Below are positions 52,501 through 64,000 of a stretch of 64,000 bases of DNA, in pieces. Source of the stretch: Paragordius varius. Lineage: Eukaryota; Animalia; Nematomorpha. Where the stretch lies: positions 3,534,001-3,598,000 of the forward strand of contig OZ176053.1 in the NCBI GenBank assembly GCA_964247055.1, in the 5' to 3' direction. The first letter of the stretch is position 1; every line of letters begins with the position of its first letter. The notes below the pieces were generated by a model, which had not been told where the DNA came from, did no database searches, and worked only from the letters and a program-made list of their open reading frames with translations. The position numbers and the translations under genes are program-made.

Positions 52501-54748
52501 TGGTGAATTAAATGTTGATTCTAGGAGTCTAAATTTCATATTTTCTGTAAGATTGAGTATTTGTGCATGTGTAGGGATAGGGAGGGATAAATCTTGAAAC
52601 ACTTCCACAGTTTTTGATACCTATCATAAAATATGTCAAAAAATTATATGACTTTTTGTAATCTATTTTCATGATTAGTTTAACTAAATAGTAATTATTA
52701 GCAATATTTTTAGTAAAGAAAACTCCCATTTAAAATTTAAGGAAACGGTATTAAAAGTTTCTTTGAAATGTTTTAGAAAAAACTAAAAAATTACTGTATG
52801 GCACGTCAAACATTCTACGGTACTGATAATTTTGCCATCAAATATTTCGGAAACAATGCTCGTATAAGCTGTTTTCATGCAATTTTTTGGAGTCAAATGT
52901 ATATCTAACCAATTAAAATAAATATAATCATCATTCAAACTAATAAATTCTAGTTTTTTAGATCCAAATTTTGTCGTTACCATTTACAATTCATATTCAC
53001 CCTTAAACAATTCAAATTGACCCTAAAAATAAATGATGTGTTTTTGGGCTAATATAACTCAGTATTAATATGAAATATATTTTAACGACGTAGTTTATTA
53101 TTTTTTAGCATTATATTAATTTTAAACAAAATTTCATATTTTGAAAATAAATTAATTTTTATTGGAGAAAAACACATAATTTATTTTAGGGTGAATTTGA
53201 ATAGTTCGAGGGTGAATTTAAATTGTTCAAGAGTGAATTGAAATTGTTCAAGGGTAAATTTGAACTGTAAATGTTATATTATCTTGCGACTTTCAACAAC
53301 TTGTTTAAAACTTATTTGACCTAAAAAATGTAATTGATATTATAATCTGCATATAAGCCTGATTTAACTGATAATTATGTAACATTTATGTATTATTAAA
53401 AAATAAAAAAAAAGGCCGTTATATCACATATATAAATTTCCGTAAAGAGCAATTTGTAAAAATAGCTTCTCGTACATCGTTTGCCAAAAAAACTCATAAA
53501 TTATCATAAAACAAATATACCTTTTAACAATAATATTTAGATTAAGATAAAGTATGTTGGACATTTGAAAAAAATGTCACACATTAGACTGTGTAAGAAT
53601 GTACATAAAAAATACTACATGCAAACTCTATTTTTAGTCTATTATTAACATTAATCATTTATAAACAATGTAATATTGTTGCGTTATAATAAATCTAAAA
53701 AAATGACATAAGATAAAATATGTTTAGTATTAAATAAAAACATGAATCTCCAAAAAATGGTATTTATCACCCTTAGGTCACACAATACTCCAAAAAAATT
53801 AATGGATATATAATAATAATGTGAAAAAAACAAGATTTATTTTAACCATTGCATTATGCACATTAAATATGCACATTAATTAACAATGCACTTAAAATGA
53901 ATTAGTAATATATGTAATTAGTAATTCAAAAATAAAGCCTTAAGCCAAATTAATTTAAACAACTAATTGTATCCCGATAATAAATTAATTAATTTTATCT
54001 TGCACAACAACAAATATAATGATTCTTAAAATATTCATCAACAATTATAACATTTTCTAAATTTACATATTTTGATATTTTAATTCAAAATTAATGGACA
54101 TTTAATACAGAAGGACTTAAGCCTAGATCACCTTAAAAAAAGTAGGGAATCCTCTTTTATTTGATTAAATTTTGGGGTCAATTGGATTTTACCCTAAGAA
54201 ATCTTAATTTATATAGATTCGTTATTATCTAAAAATAAAATTTAATTATCATTATAAAATAAATAGTTGTATAAATTACTTGAAAATGGTGCAAGTGACG
54301 TGCGAGTCGGTGGAACCATCAAAGGAGATTTGATATGTTTGTAATATGTGTTGTATGTCACTAATGGTGTAGGATACATGGTACTTATACTATTTTTTCT
54401 GGGTAAAAAGGTAAAAATATTGGTTAAAAGCATGATAACGATGAATGCCAAGATAAACTATTGCATTGTTTGTGAAATTTAAAATTTTTTAAGTTGATAA
54501 TTTCACAAACACGTATCTTTCTTAAATTATTAAAGCTAAAATATATAAATTAGTATTGAAACAAAAGGTCTTTGTGAAAAACTCCCTAATATTCATCTTC
54601 CATCTAATGGCAAAACACCGCAATGTTGACTGCCTAATTATATTTTTGATATCTTTATACCAAAATAAGTTCTCAAGAATGGTGATAATTTAACTATTTT
54701 ATATGTGACATCAATTTTTCATAATGTTATAATTAATTAAATTAATAA

Positions 54749-54798
<50 letters not shown>

Positions 54799-56219
54799 CC
54801 CGCAATATTACGAAATACGTCTTAAATTACTAAATGTTTCGTTTCCACAAAAATGGAACAATAAAAAAACATTATACTTGTTTTTAGTGCGTCCTCGTCT
54901 CCTAATTAATGTAGGATTGTTGGATTGAATTTTTATGTGCTTTTGTGAAGGATTACTAACTAAATTCGTTGCAAGGTGAGTTGTCGTGTTGGTTTCAGAA
55001 AATTCCGTCGAATTTATACTATTTTCCATGCTATTCCCAATCATGTTTTTGTACGAAGAATTAATTATATTGGCCGCTGTGATTGTATTATTACTGCTAC
55101 TTTGTGAATCAGAAATAACGGACTGACCATTTATCATGGATGAATCTTCGGTAAAAAGTGTATTGTGATCATCACTAATGTGGAATGATAAAATAATTTG
55201 AATGGATTTTAGGCGTAAATATATGTGGATGTTATAGCTTTTCACATATTAATGGACAAATTACTCCTAATTTAATTAAAAACTTGAATTCATTCGGTTG
55301 AAAAACGAAATAGAAGACGACAGTATTCTATACCCAATAAAACAATTTTTTATATAGTATACCTCCTAATTTTTTGTGCAATATACTTAATAAAAAAATA
55401 AGACATTAAAGCATAAGTTTTTGAACATATCCAATTATCTATGCCACCTTTTTATAGAAGATGATGGATTATTTAGCGTGTCAAGTGGGTTAAAGGAAAA
55501 TGATTTCAGTGTATTTTCCGTGGTGGTAGAATCGCTGACATGACCGGAATCACAAGTCTCATAATCTATGGATGAGGTTGAGGAATGTGTACTACCATTA
55601 CTTATGGTTTCATCAATCATTAATTTGTAAAATAAGGGGTGCAAATTTTCTAGATTATTGTTGTGGGTGGTTGTATTTATGACTGTTATTTGAAATTATA
55701 AAATATAAATTGCGGATCTTGATCATATAGATATGATAAAAAAAATATGATATAATAAAGTTACATATTTTTCGTTTAATTTCATTGTGTAATAAATCCA
55801 TAAAGCAGCGTAAAAATTCTTGGGCATCGCATTGATTGTAACCACGGAATTGTGGATAATAGTATCGCATAACTTTCAATATGCTTTGGGGTGTAAGATA
55901 TGTAGGCATCCTATACTTATATAAATGTATATACTTATTGTCCCAACTTTCTAAGGCTAGATTTCGAAAACTAAGTGATAAATCATTCTTATTGCTTCGC
56001 TTTAGCACGGTCAAAGCATTTAGAAAATAATTTGCTAGCGGAGGACAATTAAGCAATGCTTGTAATGCTGCATTCATATAGCAAGTATTTCCTAGGTTGG
56101 GAAGCCCTGACATACCTTAAATTATAAAAATGAATACCTTGGCCGTTTTCTCGCTTATCTACGTACCACATACTTTTATCATGTGTGATTGTGTATGCAT
56201 CAAATGGTAATGTTTGTGA
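46535..56219 (-). CDS. USP20/33: Ubiquitin carboxyl-terminal hydrolase 20/33 (multi-exon; 5'-most exon not identified)
   Basis: [21 protein letters not shown] (Cys box), [127 protein letters not shown]. Two DUSP domains follow: [53 protein letters not shown]. Stop at 46535. Confidence 0.92.
50169..50478. mobile_element. hAT-like MITE relic in a USP20/33 intron
   Basis: CAGGGGTGTCCAAC left end, GCGGGCCGCA internal motif, degenerate TTGGTCAGCCATTG right end. Confidence 0.55.
52978..53276. mobile_element. MITE family A copy in a USP20/33 intron
   Basis: TA-CCATTTACAATTC left end and four about 21-bp GGGTGAATTTGAATTGTTCAA-like units at the right end. Confidence 0.8.
54754..54796. repeat. (AT)n microsatellite, about 21 units
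   Basis: Pure AT run seen directly. Confidence 0.95.
55911..55934 (-). other. 24-nt intron GTATATACATTTATATAAGTATAG (in frame, no stop)
   Basis: Removal gives WDNKMPTYLTP, which fits the spacing of USP20/33 W-HKSRPGSVVP. Retention inserts YIHLYKYR. Confidence 0.7.
56116..56137 (-). other. 22-nt intron GTATTCATTTTTATAATTTAAG
   Basis: Removal joins an open upstream exon (..KRENGQ) to [10 protein letters not shown] and restores the conserved Gly of the GLTG motif. Retention shifts the frame. Confidence 0.7.
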
Positions 56220-56584
56220 CTAAATATTTAAAAATATAAAACCGAAAATTTAATCCAAAAAACACTGGTATTAATAATTTTTCAAAATTTATAGCCTTTT
56301 CGGCGTAATATAGTTTATAACCTTGGTGTTAAAAACAATTCCTTTTTTGTATTTTAAAATCTAATGAATTTTAGTTTTCTTTTGATATGCCTAAGGTTGA
56401 AATGGAATACGGGGTTGATTTAGGTCGTAGTTAAAAAAGATTTTAATCATTAACAACTCCTTAGCTTTTTATTTAGTAAAATTTGTGTTAACCAATAATT
56501 TGGCAGAAAATTTATTAAGAGATTTTTTTAATGCTTCGATTCGAATTGGGGTATCTAAATACCTGTTAAAAGGTAGCAAAAGTA

Positions 56585-57470
56585 TGTCGTAAATCTTGAA
56601 AGATATTTATTCGGTTTTTTTGTGCTTTTATACTATTGAACATAATTTGCTTGATAACAATAAAATTTTAAGTAACAAAGGATATGGTATTTATATAGTA
56701 TAAAAAAATAAAAATAAGACAATACAAATCTTACAAAAAACTTTAGCATACAAACAAAATATATATTTAAAATTTGCATATGTAGCATCACTTCCCCCTT
56801 AGAAAGAAATAATACTAGTTTAAAAGATAACATCATGTGTTGGGTGTGTCGACGAATCATAGTACGAAAGATAACACCCTGTGTTGTGTGTGTCGACGCG
56901 TTTCATTTGATCTCTCACGCCATCCTAAACCATTTCTTGTTAAACTAGTACAGCACCGAAATGTTATCGGCGCTGTGGGGAATCTGAACGGTATCCTTTT
57001 TTAACGGAAACTACTTCTTTGCGTTTAAATTGTAGAGGGTGTTGCGACTCTTTAGCCATCGACCTGGGGAGGTAGGCGTCTTACAGATCAATCTTATTGA
57101 AAGCTTGTCCGCGCCAATCTTACCTACCCAACCATCAAATGTTAAATGATTTGGAAGTCCTCCGCAGCCATTTGTTGATCGTGATTCTAGAGTCGCTACA
57201 GATTCTTAGCCCGTTCGCTTTCAGTGCGCTGGCGGTTGGCATTGCTTTCCTATTGATCTGGCGGTTGAACATACTCTTGGAAGCGTTTTTTGATCTACAC
57301 ATTTTAGCGAAGTGGTTAGGTTTTCCGCATTTGCAATTGCGGTTCCAAGCGGGACATTTGCTTGGCCCATGAATACTCCCATAACCCTTGCGTGAATGTG
57401 TCCGAGGTTTTGATGGTTGTAATCGATTAAAATTATTACCATTGTTATAATTGGTATTGTCATTACATTT
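56585..57470 (-). mobile_element. Second, heavily deleted Ty3/gypsy fragment: gag zinc knuckle, RT scrap, PPT and a 3' LTR (56585-56790) of a different LTR type
   Basis: CPAWNRNCKCGKPNHFAKMC knuckle, LRICSDSRITINKWL, KIDL*DAYL. The polypurine tract AAGGGGGAAG (56800-56791) is followed directly by TGATG. The likely LTR end ..ACGACA is at 56585. A 44-bp-period direct repeat lies at 56823-56900. Confidence 0.7.
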
Positions 57471-60400
57471 TTTTTTGATGGACATGTTGGTGATACCTAA
57501 CGAAAGCGGGCGGGTTTCTGACGACTTATTGTCGGGGACCATCGTTCCTATATTGCAGAGGAGCTGGTTGTCGCAGATTCCTGGGTATTATCATTATTTG
57601 GTTTTTCTGCTGTCGGAGTAATTGGTTCGATTTCGTCCCTTGAATTGATTGTGTTTGGTTTCGGCGATTGTTCCATCATCCATGCAGTGGTTACATCCTA
57701 CTCACTTGTGTTGCTGGCAGGGGTGAGTTGTGGTTGTTGCTGTTGTACTATTTGGTCAGCGTGTTTCCTCACAACTATGTCTCGGTCCTTGTTTTATGAA
57801 AATAACCCTGTACGGTCTGTAATCTATCCGGCGCGCCACCCTGGACTTAATTCATTTTTAATCATTACCTGGTCATTAATGGCAAACTGCCGTCGGGGGG
57901 CCGGTGCATCTATCAATCTGGCCCTACTATTTAACCAGGTTAAGGGGGTATGGGGAGTACGCTTGAACATTAACTGGGCCAGGATTTCTTTCGTTGTTGT
58001 GTATAGAATTTCTATACGCCCATAGGCTAGTGTTAAACGTTTCGTGGGTTGATATCGCATTATTTTTTATTCTTTTGTATTTATTTTTTATTGTACCTAC
58101 TAACCTTTCTACCATCCCATTACTTTTAGGATGGTAGGGGGTAACCTTAATATGCTTCACCCCTAACGTACTTAAGGTTGACATGAAATACTCATTACTG
58201 AAATACGAAGCGTTATTGCTAACGATCTCTTGCAAAGCCAAACTTTGCAAACGTTTCTTCTACTTTGTGGATTATATTCGCTGCGGTTACCTTTTTCAAC
58301 ATAAATCCTTCCGCCCATTTCCAGGCACTATCAATTATCAACAACCAATAATAACCGTCTACCGGTCCGGCTATATCAATATGCAAACGCACCCACACAG
58401 CAACATTATGATCCCACTGATACGTGGAATTCTGATTAACATTCGGCCTACTACGTTGGCACGATTCGCACTGACTACTGGCTTTTACCAGGTCATTTTC
58501 TAATTCTGGCCAATAACACATAAATCTGGCCATCGCTTTCAAGGTCTCTACGTTGTTAGGACCGCTGTGTAGGTATCTCACCACCTCTTTTTGGAGGGGC
58601 TTCGGAATTATAATCCGATCATTTAAACTTAATGCCATATTGATATGCCAACTCGTCTTTACGGTTTACAATTTCTAATTCTGGAAAACTCCAGTCATGG
58701 TTGTTTAACGCTATAATTACTTTTTGTAATACTGGATCTAATGCGGTTTCTTTTCGAATTTCATCTCTGCTTAACCGCACGTTATGACAATTTAAAAATC
58801 TCAGATATCTGGTAACCACATAATCTTCATCATAGGCAACGATCTCGTCAATCGGCCATCTCGATAAAAAATCAGCTCTATTTTGAGCCCCTTTTTGATG
58901 ACTTATTTCAAAGTCGTATTCATTTATCATATTAATCCACCTTAGTATTTTAGCATTATTATGTATCTCTTTTAAATTCCGATATCTATTTATCAACTTT
59001 ACTAAAGGTAAATGGTCAGTTAATATTATAAATTTTCTACCATATGCGAAACTATGAAACCTTCTTAACGCAAACAATATTGCTTTTAATTCCTTCTCAA
59101 TAGTGGAATAATTCCTTTCAGCATTGCTACACTTTGGTGAGGCATATATCGGTATCCTTTCACTATTAACTTCATGACTTAAAATACACCCGAATCCTAA
59201 ATCTGACGCACCAGTTTCTATTATCAATTTCCTATTCGGATTATATGGTGTTAAAAACACTTTTTCGCTTAACAAATTCCTAGCTGCTAACCAGCTTTTC
59301 TCATGTTTCTCGGTTCAAAACCATCTCGTATTTTTACTAGTTAATTCATGTAAGGGACCGACTATCATTTGTTATTTTGGTATCAAGCGTTCATGAAACG
59401 TCAAAAAACCTGTCCAAACGGCATGCGTTTGTATATAAAAAACCTTTATGTGTTGATATTGTTAACAATTCTTGACACTCCTCTGCCACTGGCATTTGGA
59501 GGTAAGCATCTTTCAAATCAATTTTCGTGAATGTAATACCTTCGCCTATTTTCGACACCAACTCATCAAACGTGAGGATTATATGCGAGACTTCTTGCAA
59601 CCACTTATTAATCGTTACTCGAAAATCACTACATATTCTTAAATCACCATTCGGTTTAAGTATATTAACCGTAGGCGTGGCCCATGTCATAGGTATAATG
59701 TTAGGATCCACCGGTTCTAAAGATGCCTAACTTTTCTAGCCTCATCAGCTCTTTCTCCACCTTTTCTCTTAATGGAAAAGGCACCCTGCGACATGGCCAT
59801 ATTTTCGGGATCGCATTCGCTGCAATGCGAACTTTTACAGGGTCTTTATAACACCCTAACTTATTTTCGAATAAGTTTTTAAAATTTTAACAAATTTATT
59901 TTAATTTTAGATAATTTTAACCTGTGGCATCTCAATCTGGAATTTTGCCATCCAGTCCAGTACAGATCAGCAGTGCCATCCCCATCGTTTTGCTTAGGAC
60001 ACATATGTCCCCGACCATTTGTTTGCCATTTAGCTGGACCTTGACGCTTGCTGTCCCCATCATTGGCACTGTCGGGTTATTGTACGATTTCAATGGTGGT
60101 GTCGATCTCAGCTTGCGTTTACCAATTTGCTCGCACGTTGCAAAGTTTATTACACTAATATCCGAACCGGTATCGTAGATAAAGTATTTTTTTAAACCGT
60201 GTATCACTAATGTTATCAGTAAGGGTGTTTGCTACGACCTACCTTGACTTCCTTCAATAATTGCCCATTGAAGTTGGGTCTTTGTCTCTTGGCCACACAC
60301 AGCTTAATGGTTCAGCTTTCCGCATTTGTTGCAGGATTGTCTCCAGGCTGGACACTTGTTGGGTGGGTGTGTGGTGCCGCAATATTTACATGTAGTAGAA

Positions 60401-61030
60401 GATTTTATTATTGTTTATAGATTGGATTTATTATGTTGTAACCGATTGATATTATTATTGCTGTTACTATATCGATTGCTATTGTTATTCTGTAATCCAG
60501 CCCTAGCAGCCTCATGTGCTAGTGCGAGATCTACGATTGTTTCTAATAGGACAGGAATACCGTTTATTAAAGCATCTGGATACCTGGAATGGATCTCCAT
60601 CTCTAGTTGAGGTTGTCGCAGTCCTATTACGAATGCATCACGTATACGCTTTTCTATGGCTTCAGTGAATTGAGCTTCTTCTGCTCCTATCTTGACATGT
60701 TCAAGGTGCGAGAAACTTTCACGATCGTTGCGTACCAGCCTATAAAATTTAAACCAGCTTTGGAATTTCGATTTTGTCTGATTGAATATTTTTTTCCCGT
60801 TTCCGTAATTTCCGCCCATGTGGCGTCTATTATTTTCTTGGGGTATAGGCGTTGGTTAATCTTTTTTATGATTCAAGCGTTTTTTCGGTTACCGGAATAT
60901 CCTTTGCCTCAAGTACGTTGCTAATATACTCGAGGTAATCCTCGAATTTATTATTATCATTGTATTTTTCTATGGATAAATTAGAATGCTAGCGTGAGGG
61001 GCTGTGATATCCATTGGTTCGTTTGCCATA

Positions 61031-61046
61031 CTCGTCTTGGCCACCA
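61031..61046 (-). promoter_or_regulatory. Primer binding site, probably tRNA-Ile type
   Basis: Minus strand TGGTGGCCAAGACGAG lies 1 nt after the LTR. Its complement CUCGU-CUUGGCC-A-CCA parses as T-stem 3' strand, acceptor strand, discriminator and CCA, like tRNA-Ile(AAU) ends (..GGCCACCA). Confidence 0.7.
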
Positions 61047-61047
61047 A

Positions 61048-61376
61048 TAATAACTGGGGACTACAAGTAATGTCAACGGTAAATTTATTGTATATTGGTG
61101 TATATAATGATCTAACTATATATATATATACATATATATATCTAAAATAATTAGGTCTAATGTATTTACATATATCAAGGTGAGTTTGCTTTTATACAAT
61201 TAACTCAAGGTATAATAATAATAGTCACACGTGGTGATGAGATTATAATATAATAATACTACACACATAAGTTAAGAGGTTAATATAATAATATATAACG
61301 AATGTTGTTTGTACGGTTAATCTAATAGTGTAATATAAGGTTCATTCAAATTAGCCTGTCAGTTACCACTTTAACA
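61048..61376 (-). repeat. 5' LTR of the gypsy element (329 bp)
   Basis: Starts TGTTA, directly precedes the PBS, and is homologous to the solo LTR at 13571-13960. Confidence 0.8.
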
Positions 61377-61397
61377 TTTGTTTTCTCTATAAATTTC

Positions 61398-61720
61398 TAT
61401 TGAGCCAAGTTCACTAATTTGTGTTGAGCTAGATCCTCTTGAATTGTTTGCATAAACGATAAAAATAATCTAGATAAATTATTTGGTTAAATTTCCTTAT
61501 ACATATATTTACCGATCCATGTAAATCTGAATCCGTCGTGAGTCTCCATCGTACAATCCTGTTACACACCAAAATTAACGGGCCGAAAATATATTTTACC
61601 ATGGCCACAATAAAATGCCGATAAATATTACATATTTTAGATAACGTATAACAATTAATATTATCCAATTTTGACAAATCTGATTATCATAACAGGCCAA
61701 TCTAACGTCCTACCTCTATA
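61398..61720 (-). other. Possible short spliced exons of an unidentified gene
   Basis: GC-richer blocks are separated by candidate 41-nt and 43-nt GT-AG introns. More than one reading frame is open and no family motif was recognised. Confidence 0.25.
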
Positions 61721-64000
61721 TTATTAAAAGTAATTTTTATTTTAATATGACTTGATGCAAGTTGAGAGAAAACAACAAGGTAACTTCAGCACTTGGATCG
61801 AATTTCAACGAGATGTGTATGTTTAAACCCACTTAAATTTCGAGAAAAGGTTTAAAATTGAAAATCCATTATTTTTTAAACAATCATAAAAAAATAGTTT
61901 GATAATTCATGGCATTAAAATAGAGATGCCCGGGCCACGGTTTGAGTGTCACTGATCTAAATAATAAACGATTTTTTATAGAAAGCAAAAAGCAGGAATA
62001 AATAAAGATACATAATTAGATATAAAGCATCAAATGTTAAAACGATGTTATTCGGCAGAATTATTCTGGGTGATCATTTTATAAATTTTGTTGACCTGGT
62101 GATAAAACCATCTTGTTATATATGATTCTGTTTCTTTCATGATAATAATAATATTCTATAGTTAATTTAAATATAAAATTTACTTCGGGAGTTACGTGGA
62201 ATATTTTCAATTTGAGCAAAATTTATAAGACTAATTATATTGTTGTTTCTCAATATAAAATAACTGTCAAATATCTGATATAAGGATATTTAAAAAATTA
62301 AAAAAAAATTACTTGTAAAGGTTTTCCTTCTGTTATGGCAATGCTTAACATAAATAATAGATATTTGTGATTCGATTGTCTGAAGTTATAGACTTGATTT
62401 AAAATGTAAATTTCCTGTTATATTTAGTTAATTATGGATTAATAAATATAAAATAAGCGATAAAACTTGGATACAATAGGTGTTTAGTAAATTATTTGCT
62501 TTTCAAAGGCCTGGGGTATCCAACTACCCCAATTTGAATCGAAGGACTTAAATGAATGTGTTGTATCCAAGTGTTAAGGGTGATAAAACCACCTTTAGAT
62601 AATCTGATTAGTGATAAGCGTGCGGCTCAGATTTTACTACAGAAACTTCAGCCACGTTTCCATTTTATATTATGTTACGGATAATTGCTTGGCATGCCTT
62701 TTTAATAGATACTGTTTATCTCATTGTTAAAACTATTGCCTTTTTGTGTAGTTTTGCATCCTAAAGAATTTAAACGAGCCTAATTCAAAATATAGCATTC
62801 TTTAGCCTTTTAGTGCGTATAAAACAATATAATTTTAAATTGTAAAAATTCTCTCACCTCAAACTTTCAATGCCAAATGTATATTATGGTTAGAAAGTGT
62901 AAATAATTTATGTAAAAAAATATTTCCAAATAAACTTTAACAACAAATTTTTTGCATTTTATTTTAAAATCAGCTGTTTGCTTTAATTAGATTTTGAAGC
63001 TTGTTCATTTATGGACTAGATAAGTTAAAAAGATATTATGTTAACTAATAAAAGAAAAAAGATTTTTAAATCTTTAGGTAAACAATATAATCCGCTCAAA
63101 ACTATGCCAGAATGTATCGTCCCTTAAAAATATTAAAAAAATGCGATGATTAATTTGATCAAAATTTTTTATTTTTTATGTAATATTGGGATTTTTTGCC
63201 ATCCCAAAGTTAATCGAAGGTAATAAATTTGAATGTTTTTTAAAATTTTGTTATTAAACACTGTGCATGATTTAATAAAGAAATCCCTCTTCAGACAATT
63301 AATATATATTTAAATTAAAACCTTAAAAAACTAGGCTGAGCTTATTGAAATAGTTCACTATTTAATTTCAAATAATTATGGTTGAAAATTCGATTTAAAA
63401 TTGATTACAATCAGTATGGATAGGGTAAAATAGTATTCTATAAAAGGGTAAATATCAATAAAATTTAATGTTAAAAATAATTTTATTAGTATTTTAAAAA
63501 TATTTATAAGACACAAAAATGAATATATTTTTAAAACAGTTTTTTCGCTCATGGTAACGGATGTATTAGCTTTAGAGACAATTTGCACTTAAGAGTGTCT
63601 TTGAAAATTATAAGTTAGTTCTTGAACATTTCAAGTTGGTCGTTCAAGATTTCGAATTGCTCCTTTTTTTAATTTAAGTTTTATCGTCCAACCGTGTATC
63701 ATTCATCTAACCCAGGGCTTCTTAAACTCTTTTAGTTCCCCACCCCATTTATGATAGCGAGTTTCTAAACGACCCCAACAATTCGAAAAACTCTTAGAAA
63801 TTTTGTTGATAATATTTATCAGGATTATTTGGGTTTTAAGAGATTGACAAAAATAAATCTATATTTTTTATAAATTTTTATAACATCGTCTGATTCATAG
63901 TAATATACAAATTCCCCAGAAATGTGTTTAACTGAACTCGTATGGCTTTTTAATTTTTTTGAAAATTAACTCCAAAACACGCCATTTTTGTATGGCGTCT

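Larger units (their letters stand above)
57471..61376 (-). mobile_element. Degenerate Ty3/gypsy LTR retrotransposon (5' LTR, PBS, gag, PR, RT, RNase H, IN)
   Basis: gag from ATG 61029 with knuckle CKYCG..KCPAW..CNKCGKLNH. PR YDTGSD. RT WATPT..LRICSDFR..KIDLKDAYLQ..RMPFG. RH DLGFGCIL..ERNYSTIEKEL..TDHLPL. IN LH..YWP..C..C, RLHIDIAGP, PYHPKSNGMVER. The PR-RT-RH-IN order is gypsy type. Many frameshifts and stops. Confidence 0.93.

Noticed and set aside
57097-60924. Plus-strand ORFs across the gypsy element (e.g. 57645-58025, 58183-58503, 60326-60610, 60607-60924)
   Set aside because: Antisense shadows of gag-pol with no recognisable domains, and no env-like ORF.
1-64000. Alternative genetic code as an explanation for the many short ORFs
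   Set aside because: Conserved exons and the 750-aa GPCR translate cleanly with the standard code. In-frame stops fall in introns or decayed transposons.

Overview
Very AT-rich animal (protostome-like) genomic DNA, standard genetic code, no prokaryotic features. Six spliced or single-exon host genes can be read: TAF2 (-), a SOL-1-like 5xCUB+LDLa protein (-), an orphan single-pass membrane protein (+), a crooked/quiver-like GPI-anchored Ly6 protein (-), an intronless class A GPCR with giant loops (+) and USP20/33 (-). Between them lie many mobile elements: the 5' part of an RTE LINE with an open endonuclease ORF and an HDV-like ribozyme fold at its 5' end, a chimeric Ty3/gypsy element with mismatched LTRs plus a solo LTR of the same family, a non-autonomous Helitron, a mariner relic and several MITE families. 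The most striking signal is four GT-AG introns of only 22-24 nt (two in Ly6, two in USP20/33) in a genome that also has introns up to about 2.6 kb. All calls come from hand translation and recalled family motifs, not database searches. Exon boundaries are predictions and the species cannot be named from the sequence alone.
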